Source: a virus (taxonomy: Duplodnaviria > Caudoviricetes). Taken from it: a stretch of DNA of 34,967 nt. Numbering within the stretch: position 1 is the stretch's first letter; each line of letters begins with the position of its first letter. This document shows, piece after piece, positions 8,401 to 16,269 of this stretch. The position numbers were made by a program, and so were the translations under genes. The stretch spans positions 1 through 34,967 of IMG/VR virus record IMGVR_UViG_3300006103_000043; one strand, 5' to 3'. Under the pieces are notes generated by a model that was not told where the DNA came from, ran no database searches, and saw nothing but the letters and a program-made list of their open reading frames with translations.

Positions 8401-11364
8401 AAGTTGCTTGGCTTAACAAAATCTAGTGATGATGCATTAAGCAAAATCATGGACCTTGGTGAGCGCTTGACCGGGAAAGTTCATGTTATGCCAGACGAGT
8501 CTCGTCCCGGCGTCAAGATAAAAACACCCAAGAGTCGGCAAGAACTTGGTGAAGAAACCGGCGCTCCAAAAGAACACGAAGTCTCTGAGGCGGTAACTGA
8601 ACAAAAGCCTGTTACACCGCAAAACATAAACCCAGAGCGGTTAAACAAGTTTATGTATCACATGGTTAACAAGTATGTTGATCTTAAGAACATGCACGAT
8701 GCCATCATCAAGAACGGTGGCAAGATGGCTGACGAGTTCAATGCATGGCTCCAGCATTCAATCTCGACCAACAGAAGGTCCGATGTGTCGAAAGAGTTCA
8801 GAGAAAAAGAACTTCGCCCATTGGCTCAAAAGATGGACCGTTTGGGTGTTACGCAAGATCAACTTGATGAATACCTGCACAACAAGCATGCAGAAGAGCG
8901 TAACAACCAGAACAACAAGACAAACGAATACGAAGATGAGAACGGCGAGATTCAGTTAAAAAATCCCGCTATAAAAGATTCTGGTTCCGGCATCCATACG
9001 GATGACGCTAAAAAGTATCTTGATAGCCTGACTCCCGAACAGAAAGCCAAGTTTGAAAGTTTGGCTAAAGACGTTCGTAAAATTATAGAAAAAACTCAAG
9101 ATATGCTTGTAGCAAGCGGTCAAGAGACTCCTGCAACAATAGCAAGCTGGCGCGAAACTTATGGTGATTACGTACCACTTCAGCGTATAGATGAAGAACT
9201 TAACTTCGTTCATCATGGTGGAACGGGTGGCGGCATTGGATCATCTGGAAATACTTCGCGTAGGGCCGTAGGCTCTCTTAAGACGGTTGGTGACATCCTT
9301 GAAAACGTGATGCTCCAGCGTGAGCGGGCAATCAATCGTGCAGAGGATATCAAGGTCGGTCGTGCATTGTACGGGCAACTCTTGCAGCATCCGATGCCGG
9401 GTTTTGCCACGGTCGTGAATCCAGATGTTGTTAAAAATCCTCATCTGTTGAAAGCAGAACTACAGAAGATGGGTCTTGATCCTGACCTTGCCGATCGGAT
9501 CATGGCCCCCCCAAAGAAAGGGACAATCAACGAGCGCACTGGTTTAGCTGAGTACCGCATGGATCCTGCCATCCGTAGCGCTGCGAACGTGCTACCTGTT
9601 CGTATAAATGGCAACGATAGATACATCATATTCAACACGGGCAATGAAACAGCCATGAGAATGGTGGGTGCGCTTAAGAATGCGGATGCCGTTCAGATCC
9701 CGCCGTTCATGCGACCCATTGCTAAGTTTACGAACTATCTATCCTCCATCAATACCCAATTCAACCCTGTGTTTGGCGCATGGAACTTTATGCGTGACTC
9801 CGTGGGCGGTGTTGTTAACTTAGTATCTACTCCGCTTGCTCAAAGTAAAGCCAAGGTTGCGGCTGATACTTTGCCCGCTCTGAAAACTATCTATTCAGAG
9901 TTACGTGCCAGACGAAACGGGGAAACAACAACTGGTGAATGGGCTGACCTTTACAAACAGTTTGAGAAGTCTGGTGGCAAGCTAGAGTTTGCAGACCGTT
10001 TAAGAAACAGCGAAGGGAAAGTGGACATCCTAGCTAAGGAGTTGCGGGACTTAAACCCAAGCAACGTTCGTAAAGCAACCAAGTCAGTGATGGGCTGGCT
10101 ATCAGACTACAACGACAGTATGGAAAACGCTGTGCGTTTAGCAGCGTTTAAGAATGCCTTGGAATTGCGGAACAAAGCATTTCCGAACGGCATGTCTCCT
10201 GACAAGGCGGCACAGCTTGCCAACAACATCACGGTTAACTTTAACCAGAAGGGTCAGTTAACTCCATACTTCTCATCCGTATTCTCATTCTTTAATGCTG
10301 CCGTACAAAGTACAGATCGTTTGGCTCAGACATTAAATAGCCCAGCAGGTCGCAAGATTGTTGCAGGCGGCCTAGCGCTTGGTACGGCTCAAGCTATGGC
10401 GCTTGCCGCTGCTGGTTTTGATGATGAAGATATCCCTGCATATGAGAAGGAAAAGAACTTCATCCTTCCAACGGGTGACGGCACATACCTAAAGATACCT
10501 ATGCCTCCCGGCTTAAACATTATTCCAAACTTTAGTCGCAACTTGACTGAATATGCGTTGGCACAAGCTGGATTGCAGCGGAGTAACGCCGGAGCAGGGA
10601 AGAAGGCAATGGACATTGCAAGTTCAATGCTCAGTGCATTTAACCCTTTGGGTGGCGGGCCATTGGCATTAGAACTTACTCCAACAGCTCTACGTCCGAT
10701 TGTGTCTGAGTATGCAAACGAGGATGCGTTTGGTCGTCCTATCTCACGCAAAGACCAACCCGGACGTCCTACACCCGGCTATCTACGTTCCAGAGATAAT
10801 GCTTCGTTCATTAATAAGAACCTAGCCGAGTTTATGAACCTAGCATCTGGTGGCACAGAGTATCAAAAAGGCGCGTTAAGCCCTACAGGTGACGACCTAG
10901 ATTACATGATGGGTCAATACTTCGGCGGTGTCAGCAGAGAGGCTATGAAAGCCGTAGAGACGGCTAAGAGCGCAACGACCGGAGAAGAGCAGCCCCTGTA
11001 TAGGGTTCCAATCGTCGGTAAGTTAATCGGGGATACCGAGTCTCAACAAGCGATAGCGAATCGGTTCTATCAGAATGCAGAGCGCATGGCTGGATACAAA
11101 GCAGAGATAGAAGGTCGAGCCAAGAATCCCGGTACAGGAGATCCTGCGGAAGTGGTTCGGGAAAACCCTGAAGCTGCCATGTATAAAGCTGCGGACAATG
11201 TTCACAATCAGATACTGAAGCTGAACAAAATGAAGCAGCAATTGCAGAAGCAGGCAGAACTAAGAGGAGAAGAACCCGATGTTGATCGACTCAAGAATAT
11301 CGAGGAAACCAAGACACGGATTATGAAACAGTTCAATGACGCGGTTCGTTCACGTCAAGAATAA
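5494..11364 (+). CDS. Large polyvalent protein: DdrB-like ParB domain, zincin-like metallopeptidase motif, LPD38-like C-terminal domain
   Basis: 1956 aa. QNRDR...GAPIV...YAAVEA..IPSH...AGNGR (~6478-6810) match DdrB-like ParB motifs. GIYN...I.I...TITHEIVHSA carries HExxH at 8104-8118. ITVNFNQKG...FFNAAVQ...YLKIPMP...N.DAFGRPI is typical of LPD38. Last gene of the virion-injected cluster. Confidence 0.75.
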   Translation: MALKDLPDDLKPENPRPEGLPNDLRPENPEVSSGRAFLTRAAENVLPIVGGASAVAALPAEAGLLLTGGALLGAGIGAQYLQNKALESFPETAKAIGLGEAERTAGQEQHPYASMAGDIIPNLLTMRPDVEGIASLFSKNVAPEAKAAIAKQIAGQSALSGTFAGGLDVGQQLLTTGTVDPYSALLSTALGAAGTKETGLGRAAGAPGRALRERITGVKAEPKVAPEVSPVTPAEPTEPTDKVSASPYQDNEAAFAELTKPNAPSGKEPPPPEVAPVTAPTPIEPTPAVEPTATSVEPEPVATVNAPEPFKTASLGTEAPTVGGEAAVIQNRDRTSDQSIAQMQSIAANPDYGQVSVSRSAADGAPIVYGQNLRAPINPEHVGRTDTVTLTDGSKVPVTYAAVEANSVIPSHYADGSPVPDYNNPNASGLKVAAGNGRAAGLQAAHQRGNADAYRASLSADNLHGIDPNAIASLDNPMLVRVTHPDQVLSRPNWGDLTNTPLGLELSPIEMAKNDANRIDLSKLDIGENGVSPDAVRKFINAMPMSEQAGMLNKDGTVTPKAIDRMNAAIFHKAYDNDALTELAYSAVDPEAKTVVNALAKAAPHMMQLDNTAYNEIKSHVADAAEMAINATRNKMSLKDRVKLPQIGDSELASNIFRTFAEHTGSPKRTSDFLTNLAKFAHEEHMSGSEDMFGERPKRSVPELIDLARGTVAKPVELTKAAPGGREDANGRPLHDFEFGTEQEIKEAKNNPDLLTETLNQHIETARKKGIDLTYMDDPEAGTNRIDPRKSMVSVSELAKDKTVADVVKRIRDFVPLDIKEILDRILPEVKDVKIKIDNRRRSARGIYNTIRHDIRIIPNANGNNLSTITHEIVHSATERNYRAAKGYADYGESNPQHIQAAEELDSLFKYIKKIPQGKELKRIGGNIFSHPTELITWAMVDRPVQEILKKIKLPNEETAWSSFVSSVRKLLGLTKSSDDALSKIMDLGERLTGKVHVMPDESRPGVKIKTPKSRQELGEETGAPKEHEVSEAVTEQKPVTPQNINPERLNKFMYHMVNKYVDLKNMHDAIIKNGGKMADEFNAWLQHSISTNRRSDVSKEFREKELRPLAQKMDRLGVTQDQLDEYLHNKHAEERNNQNNKTNEYEDENGEIQLKNPAIKDSGSGIHTDDAKKYLDSLTPEQKAKFESLAKDVRKIIEKTQDMLVASGQETPATIASWRETYGDYVPLQRIDEELNFVHHGGTGGGIGSSGNTSRRAVGSLKTVGDILENVMLQRERAINRAEDIKVGRALYGQLLQHPMPGFATVVNPDVVKNPHLLKAELQKMGLDPDLADRIMAPPKKGTINERTGLAEYRMDPAIRSAANVLPVRINGNDRYIIFNTGNETAMRMVGALKNADAVQIPPFMRPIAKFTNYLSSINTQFNPVFGAWNFMRDSVGGVVNLVSTPLAQSKAKVAADTLPALKTIYSELRARRNGETTTGEWADLYKQFEKSGGKLEFADRLRNSEGKVDILAKELRDLNPSNVRKATKSVMGWLSDYNDSMENAVRLAAFKNALELRNKAFPNGMSPDKAAQLANNITVNFNQKGQLTPYFSSVFSFFNAAVQSTDRLAQTLNSPAGRKIVAGGLALGTAQAMALAAAGFDDEDIPAYEKEKNFILPTGDGTYLKIPMPPGLNIIPNFSRNLTEYALAQAGLQRSNAGAGKKAMDIASSMLSAFNPLGGGPLALELTPTALRPIVSEYANEDAFGRPISRKDQPGRPTPGYLRSRDNASFINKNLAEFMNLASGGTEYQKGALSPTGDDLDYMMGQYFGGVSREAMKAVETAKSATTGEEQPLYRVPIVGKLIGDTESQQAIANRFYQNAERMAGYKAEIEGRAKNPGTGDPAEVVRENPEAAMYKAADNVHNQILKLNKMKQQLQKQAELRGEEPDVDRLKNIEETKTRIMKQFNDAVRSRQE

Positions 11365-11632
11365 GGTTCTCGAACAACCATCCTATTGTCTTGCGATGCG
11401 CTTCTTCCCACATCTCTACGCGCTCTTGTCTGCTCATCTTGGAGCCTTGATCTAACTCGGCGTGACAGCAATAGCATAGGGCAGCGATACGGTAATCCGC
11501 TGCCTTAATCGACTTGCCCTTACCATCACGCTGTTGGTTAGAGTGTGCCGCCACTACGGTTCCATCTATGACCCCGCAGTGTTGGCACGGTGCTTTGCGT
11601 ACAACTTCTAACAGCTTCTTGTTTCGGTACAT
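11333..11632 (-). CDS. DUF1364/YbcO-like Zn-binding HNH-fold putative nuclease
   Basis: CQHCG...TVVAAHSN...GKG..IKA.D...AALCYCCH..LD motif. Confidence 0.75.
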   Translation of the reverse strand: MYRNKKLLEVVRKAPCQHCGVIDGTVVAAHSNQQRDGKGKSIKAADYRIAALCYCCHAELDQGSKMSRQERVEMWEEAHRKTIGWLFENLILDVNEPRH

Positions 11633-11919
11633 CAGTTATGCTCGCAGTGTACGGCTATCGGTACGAGGGTTTTGCCGCCGGTATCTAAACGAACGGCAGT
11701 GTACTCTACGTTTGGGACCAGCTTCGCGTACATGCATTGTTTAGATGCCTGTAGGACTTCGTTATCGCTCATAGCGGTAGCACCATCCCAACCTTTAAGT
11801 TTGCCAATAAGGGGCTCAGGTTTAACAGCAGGGAGATAACGTGGGCTGTCTTCTACCGGACGCGAGGTTGAACATCCTGCGATTAAAGCGACGCTTAAGA
11901 GAAGGAATAGTTTTTTCAT
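11632..11919 (-). CDS. Putative lipoprotein
   Basis: MKK, hydrophobic stretch, then lipobox LIAG-C. Confidence 0.7.
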   Translation of the reverse strand: MKKLFLLLSVALIAGCSTSRPVEDSPRYLPAVKPEPLIGKLKGWDGATAMSDNEVLQASKQCMYAKLVPNVEYTAVRLDTGGKTLVPIAVHCEHN

Positions 11920-12092
11920 TTCTTTCTTGCCTCCATCATAGCGTCAGCCATTTCATAAGCATATTCAGCAATCTTTTCCGGGGACCAGTCGTAGGTTGCA
12001 ACCAAGATTGCGTGAGCCGCAAACCAATCGCGCAGGTGGAACTCAGGTTCCTCAAAAGGTACAGGTATTTGTAAAAGCATATGTTGTTTCAT
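11916..12092 (-). CDS. Small phage protein (LRDWFAAHA...AYEMADAMMEAR family), 58 aa, not in the ORF track
   Basis: Manual translation MKQHMLLQIPVPFEEPEFHLRDWFAAHAILVATYDWSPEKIAEYAYEMADAMMEARKK. ATGA overlap with the next gene. Confidence 0.7.
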   Translation of the reverse strand: MKQHMLLQIPVPFEEPEFHLRDWFAAHAILVATYDWSPEKIAEYAYEMADAMMEARKK

Positions 12093-12093
12093 C

Positions 12094-12249
12094 TCATTTC
12101 CCTTTTTTAGTTGGTGGTAAACCTTCTAGTAGTGCTTTTTTAAGTTCTTTAATCACAGACAGCCGATACAAAGCAGGGCCGCACATATTCCCTTCTATGA
12201 TTTTTATAACTTCTTCTATTAGCTCAACCGGCATAAGTATTTGCTTCAT
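12094..12249 (-). CDS. Hypothetical protein, 51 aa, not in the ORF track
   Basis: MKQILMPVELIEEVIKIIEGNMCGPALYRLSVIKELKKALLEGLPPTKKGK. Coupled by ATGA overlap to the upstream gene and fills the operon gap. Confidence 0.55.
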   Translation of the reverse strand: MKQILMPVELIEEVIKIIEGNMCGPALYRLSVIKELKKALLEGLPPTKKGK

Positions 12250-12503
12250 GTGTTCTTCTCCTCTGCTTGTCCCCTTGCTCTGATTTGATTTGCAATTCCA
12301 ACTGCTGTGCCGTTTTGAGGCGGGTGAGAAGTCAAACTTATGTACATTGCATAGCGTTGCTTTTCAGCAATTTCAATACACGCCTCACGTTCTTTAGCTG
12401 CTACCAGTTTGGCAAAGCGCTCAAGGGCTGGCGCATATAGGTTTGCAGAAGCATGGCCCCAATCAGCATCTCTTGCCATCTCAATGATTTCATCTTGTGT
12501 CAT
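12246..12503 (-). CDS. Conserved phage hypothetical protein (MTQDEIIEMAR...LERFAKLVAAKEREAC...IRARG family)
   Basis: Recognisable phage small-gene motif. Start moved to the ATG at 12503 (ATGA overlap). Confidence 0.7.
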   Translation of the reverse strand: MTQDEIIEMARDADWGHASANLYAPALERFAKLVAAKEREACIEIAEKQRYAMYISLTSHPPQNGTAVGIANQIRARGQAEEKNT

Positions 12504-12679
12504 GCGTTCTTCTCCCTGCATTTTGCTTCCACGTATTTAATGAACTCATCAGGGTACATGTCCGTTGTATGAATACCAAGGTAGGCGATGTCCTCTTTCG
12601 TCAATGCTACCCATTCACGCTGTTTAAACTGTTTATCGTGCTGCTCAAACTGCGCTTTTGTTCTTTCTTCTGGCGTCAT
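12500..12679 (-). CDS. Small phage protein (REWVALT...VEAKCREKN family), 59 aa, not in the ORF track
   Basis: Manual translation MTPEERTKAQFEQHDKQFKQREWVALTKEDIAYLGIHTTDMYPDEFIKYVEAKCREKNA. AAGGA upstream. Confidence 0.6.
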   Translation of the reverse strand: MTPEERTKAQFEQHDKQFKQREWVALTKEDIAYLGIHTTDMYPDEFIKYVEAKCREKNA

Positions 12680-13487
12680 GTTTTATTTCCTTCAGCTTTT
12701 TTTCTGTTTCTTTAAACTTATCTAAGTTACTTGTTGTAGGCCAAGGCAAACTTCCATGCCTTCTATAACCATATTCACTTCTTGTTTCGCACAAAAACAA
12801 ATTAGATGGTCTGTTATCTAGTGGTTGACTATTTATATGTAAAACAACTTCATCTCTTTCCAAAAGCCTTCCAATATATTTGGCAACGACTAAACGATGC
12901 TCCGCTGTATATTTGCCTACGTAACCCTTTCGTCTTCCAATCAATACCATCTTGTGGTTCGTTGATTCAGATATGTATTCGCCGCCTTGCCAGTTAGAAC
13001 CATTAGGCCCAGAAAAGAACACTGCCATGCATTTGAGTGAACACGTTTTTTGGTTTTTGTCTTTTTTAGTTCCCAATGGATAGTAAAGTTTTCCACAAAC
13101 AACGCATGGGCGTTCCTCAAAAGAGCGCGATCCTTCTGTGTAACATTTTTTGGAGCAGTAAATTCTTCTTCCATCACCGCGAGTTGCCGTGGCAGAACGT
13201 CCTGCAAGAAAAACACCCCCACAGTTTTCACACTCTTTAGGTTCAGGACGTAATGAATAATCTAAAAAACATTTGCGACTACAAAACTTACGGTCTTCAC
13301 CATGATCTGGTCTCGCCATAAACTTATCATCACAATTAACGCAGGTATATTCAATACGCGGAAGTAAACCAGACTTATTGTGACAGGTTATGGTGCAAAA
13401 CCTAGACTTATGCGCCCTGCTGTTTGGGCATTTGTATTCCTTTTTACAATGCTCACATTGTTTTATAACAGGAGGACCATAAGTCAT
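12645..13487 (-). CDS. HNH endonuclease-like protein with four N-terminal CxxC...C(S/T)xxC Zn-binding repeats
   Basis: Four CxxC-x(13-19)-C(S/T)xxC units, then NWQGG...EHRLV...GRLL..DEVVLHIN..PLDNRPSNL. Start moved to MTYGPP at 13487 (overlap with the upstream stop). Confidence 0.75.
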   Translation of the reverse strand: MTYGPPVIKQCEHCKKEYKCPNSRAHKSRFCTITCHNKSGLLPRIEYTCVNCDDKFMARPDHGEDRKFCSRKCFLDYSLRPEPKECENCGGVFLAGRSATATRGDGRRIYCSKKCYTEGSRSFEERPCVVCGKLYYPLGTKKDKNQKTCSLKCMAVFFSGPNGSNWQGGEYISESTNHKMVLIGRRKGYVGKYTAEHRLVVAKYIGRLLERDEVVLHINSQPLDNRPSNLFLCETRSEYGYRRHGSLPWPTTSNLDKFKETEKKLKEIKHDARRKNKSAV

Positions 13488-13678
13488 TTCTTTGGCTCCC
13501 GCTCTTTTGACGTTAACTCCTGCACTCGCTGTATGCAAGCGTCGTAGTCTATTTTCATGTACTCGCGCTCTTGAATCAGCTTGTCGTATCGCGCAGATTG
13601 AACCCAGTTGTAACCGGCAGACCACCAAAGCAAAGCTAATGTCCCGCCCAATAGGAACCAACCTATATTGTTTTTCAC
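13484..13678 (-). CDS. Small membrane-anchored protein with coiled-coil tail
   Basis: N-terminal hydrophobic segment IGWFLLGGTLALLWWSAG. GTG start with GGAGG RBS. Confidence 0.6.
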   Translation of the reverse strand: MKNNIGWFLLGGTLALLWWSAGYNWVQSARYDKLIQEREYMKIDYDACIQRVQELTSKEREPKK

Positions 13679-13851
13679 GTTTCCTCCCGCTTTTGTTTTG
13701 TTTTCTTTATCGCCATGATCCCTTCTGGTTTCTCCAGCATGGCATCAGCCATAGCGTGGGCAAGTCGTGGAATATCCTCTGCATACTCTTGGGCAATGAT
13801 CATCCCTAACATGGCAAGGCCAGCGTAGTAATGGTGCATTTCATCTTCCAT
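13675..13851 (-). CDS. Small phage protein (YYAGLAM...AHAMADAML family), paralog-like to 11916-12092
   Basis: MEDEMHHYYAGLAMLGMII...AHAMADAMLEK. Start moved to 13851 (TAATG coupling). Confidence 0.65.
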   Translation of the reverse strand: MEDEMHHYYAGLAMLGMIIAQEYAEDIPRLAHAMADAMLEKPEGIMAIKKTKQKREET

Positions 13852-14069
13852 TAGTGCATCCTTTTGTCTTCTTCGGACATGTTGGCGTGAACGCTCTTGA
13901 GTGTGTGCTTGAATGCTTCTATCGCAGCCTCGTCTTCGATCTCCGCAACAATAGATAAACGACATAAGACCAGAGCCAGTCCAGACAAAAGCAGAGATAT
14001 GTCCACATCATCAAACTTAGAAATATGCCTAAAGATTTCTGCTGCAACTTTCTCCGAATTTGTACTCAT
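13851..14069 (-). CDS. Hypothetical protein
   Basis: 72 aa, coupled to both neighbours in the operon. Confidence 0.6.
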   Translation of the reverse strand: MSTNSEKVAAEIFRHISKFDDVDISLLLSGLALVLCRLSIVAEIEDEAAIEAFKHTLKSVHANMSEEDKRMH

Positions 14070-14344
14070 ACTTCACCTAGTTCTTTGATCTGATCAATCA
14101 ATACATCGGCTAAGAACTTATTGCGGATTGCGATATGCTCAATCTCTTTGCATTGATCAATCACGCCTATGGAGTCAGCAAGACCTTTGTTGTATCCAGC
14201 CTTGTACTCATTCCCGCCAGCCATAATGACCATGATTGCGTCTCGTACAGCCGAGGATGCTTTGCGTTCTTTGGCTAACTCACGAATCTTGTTATACACT
14301 TCGACCGGAAGATAAACGCTATACGGCACTAATTTACTTTTCAT
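14066..14344 (-). CDS. Ribbon-helix-helix-like DNA-binding protein
   Basis: VPYSVYLP beta-strand followed by two helices (VEVYNKIRELAKE; ASSAVRDAI). Start moved to MKSK at 14344 (GGAGG RBS). Confidence 0.55.
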   Translation of the reverse strand: MKSKLVPYSVYLPVEVYNKIRELAKERKASSAVRDAIMVIMAGGNEYKAGYNKGLADSIGVIDQCKEIEHIAIRNKFLADVLIDQIKELGEV

Positions 14345-14765
14345 CCTGACCCCTCCAATCATAAAAACCGTTACGTAACGTTTCAAACAATCCTCGCGCT
14401 GCTGCATCGGTTTTGAGTTCTGCGCGTGACTCTATGCCTAAGTATTCGCATAGCCACTTCTTACAAGACTCTTCGGTTGTAATAGATAAATCCCAAGCGT
14501 TATTTACCCATGACCAAAACTCCATATCACGACAAAGAACCGCAGCCATTTTTACGGCATGTGCTCCGGGCGTTTCTTTCTCCCGGACCATTGGCTTGTC
14601 TTCGTCATCTAACCGAACCATCACCACCACATATCGAGAGCCAACAAAATCCTTTACCAACTCATCTGGTATGTCATCTGGATGGATAACTAAGGACAGG
14701 GAATACCCATCCTTAGACTGTCGTAAAGCCGTTTTCACGGCCTCAAACTGAATGTTATCTACCAT
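14334..14765 (-). CDS. Conserved phage hypothetical protein
   Basis: 143 aa from MVDNIQFEAVK. C-terminal LCRD..FW...LGIESRAELK motif seen in phage proteins. Confidence 0.65.
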   Translation of the reverse strand: MVDNIQFEAVKTALRQSKDGYSLSLVIHPDDIPDELVKDFVGSRYVVVMVRLDDEDKPMVREKETPGAHAVKMAAVLCRDMEFWSWVNNAWDLSITTEESCKKWLCEYLGIESRAELKTDAAARGLFETLRNGFYDWRGQDEK

Positions 14766-14766
14766 A

Positions 14767-15033
14767 TCAATCATCCCAAGGATCATTCATTTGGCGAGCT
14801 TGTTGTGGCTTATACGTATCTACCTTGATGGATACCATATGATTTCCGTTTGAGTCTTTACGCTTCCATCCGTCTATCTTGATCGTAACCAATCCATCTT
14901 CCGCGTTCTGCATAAGTTCGGATAAAAGATCAACTTCAATCTTGATGTCACCGCGTAAGTCTGGAGCCTTGTCATGCTTCTTTGGAAACTTTGGAGTCCA
15001 GAGTGCGCCACTGTTTGGGTATGCTTCAGCCAT
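14767..15033 (-). CDS. Putative single-stranded DNA-binding protein
   Basis: NSGALW...KHDKAPDLRG...IDGWKR...VSIKV with acidic/aromatic tail DPWDD. Lies near the ERF annealase. Confidence 0.55.
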   Translation of the reverse strand: MAEAYPNSGALWTPKFPKKHDKAPDLRGDIKIEVDLLSELMQNAEDGLVTIKIDGWKRKDSNGNHMVSIKVDTYKPQQARQMNDPWDD

Positions 15034-15242
15034 TATTTATCTCCTAGTTCTAAGTCAAGGTTTGATACACGAGCGAATTCAACTTTGATGCCGTCTGTTA
15101 AAAGGTTTACCAGATCCATCTGGCTTGCAACGTCAGCCGTGAACTGACTGTCCGCGATAAACGCAATCGCAGATGCTTTACTAGGCGCGTTTACCAGATG
15201 GGTTGTGTTTGGCCCTCTTACTACATAGATACGTTCTTTCAT
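15033..15242 (-). CDS. Hypothetical protein
   Basis: 69 aa, AAGGAG RBS, operon-coupled. Confidence 0.65.
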   Translation of the reverse strand: MKERIYVVRGPNTTHLVNAPSKASAIAFIADSQFTADVASQMDLVNLLTDGIKVEFARVSNLDLELGDK

Positions 15243-15244
15243 GA

Positions 15245-15991
15245 TTACTCCTTAATCAAATCATTCTTACGTGTTTTAAACGCAACCATCAGCGCGTCGT
15301 ATTGCTCTACGGACTGACGCTTGAGTTCGTCAAACATAAACTTATTTACACGGAAGATCTCTTTTACATCCTCTTCGCTCTTCGCAAACTGCAACGTAAA
15401 TTGAGCGGACTCTACAAACGAAGGAACAAACAAAGCGGTGTCCGATTTCAAGGTAATCGTCCAAGGCTTTTGCGGGGTTTCATCCTTCGGCTTTTCGTTT
15501 GTTAAGTCTTTAGCTTCAGCAATCGGACCCAACGGTTCTTTCTTGGGAGCCTCTATTGGTTTAGCAACCTTCTTTTCTACCGTCTCTAACTCACTTTTTT
15601 TAATACCGGCTGGCTCACTTGCGTCTATAGCATCGTGCTCGACCAGTTCAAGTGCTGCTGTCCAAAGGTATCTGCGGATGTACGTCTGTACCGCGCCGAG
15701 GTTCTGTACAGGGTGGCATCCTTTCAATTCAGCCGTAGACATCGGGCAGTAGTAAAAGATATGGTCGGTGGATTCTGGCTTCTCTGTATCCACGATGGTC
15801 AGGGTTGCTACATCTCTGCCATACGAAACACCGCCGTACAACTTTAGGTCGCAAAAAATCTTCATCGCCGTTGGCAGGAAGTCACCCAGCTCATAGTAGT
15901 AGTACCCGGCAAACTTGTTATGCCCACTCTTTTTCAAGTTGGCTTCAGCAAGTTTGACGCGAGCTTCCATCAGTTTTTGGTATACGCTCAT
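15245..15991 (-). CDS. erf: ERF-family single-strand annealing protein
   Basis: KSGHNKFAGYYYYELGDFLP...QNLGAVQTYIRRY...HDAID, the ERF GxxxTYxRRY signature. Confidence 0.85.
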   Translation of the reverse strand: MSVYQKLMEARVKLAEANLKKSGHNKFAGYYYYELGDFLPTAMKIFCDLKLYGGVSYGRDVATLTIVDTEKPESTDHIFYYCPMSTAELKGCHPVQNLGAVQTYIRRYLWTAALELVEHDAIDASEPAGIKKSELETVEKKVAKPIEAPKKEPLGPIAEAKDLTNEKPKDETPQKPWTITLKSDTALFVPSFVESAQFTLQFAKSEEDVKEIFRVNKFMFDELKRQSVEQYDALMVAFKTRKNDLIKE

Positions 15992-16269
15992 TAGAACTCA
16001 CCTTCCATTTTATCCATTGCGTTTAACAACTTACGTATTATTCTGGCAGACAATTCATTTGATTCCTGCATTTCTCGAAGGCTCTTTTTTAACTCGGAGT
16101 TTAAATGTTCATCATCAACCAACCTTTTATGTTCCGTTTCAATAGACTCTCGCAACGAAAGATTTTCAAACCGAAGGTTTGTAATGTCCTGTTCCTGTTC
16201 AATCATTTTTCCAACTGCTGCTGTTAATCTTTCCATCAACTCTACGTTCTGCTGTTTATAACTCGCCAT
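15991..16269 (-). CDS. Coiled-coil hypothetical protein
   Basis: MASYKQQ..., 92 aa, heptad pattern. RBS AAGGGAGAGAC upstream. Confidence 0.6.
   Translation of the reverse strand: MASYKQQNVELMERLTAAVGKMIEQEQDITNLRFENLSLRESIETEHKRLVDDEHLNSELKKSLREMQESNELSARIIRKLLNAMDKMEGEF

Noticed and set aside
421-11241. Numerous minus-strand and alternate-frame ORFs of 60-170 aa overlapping the virion genes
   Set aside because: Shadow ORFs of long, motif-bearing + strand genes, with no RBS or recognisable motifs.
13484-13678. Membrane protein plus the 11632-11919 lipoprotein as a spanin pair
   Set aside because: The genes are ~1.6 kb apart, not nested or adjacent, and no endolysin or holin is nearby.
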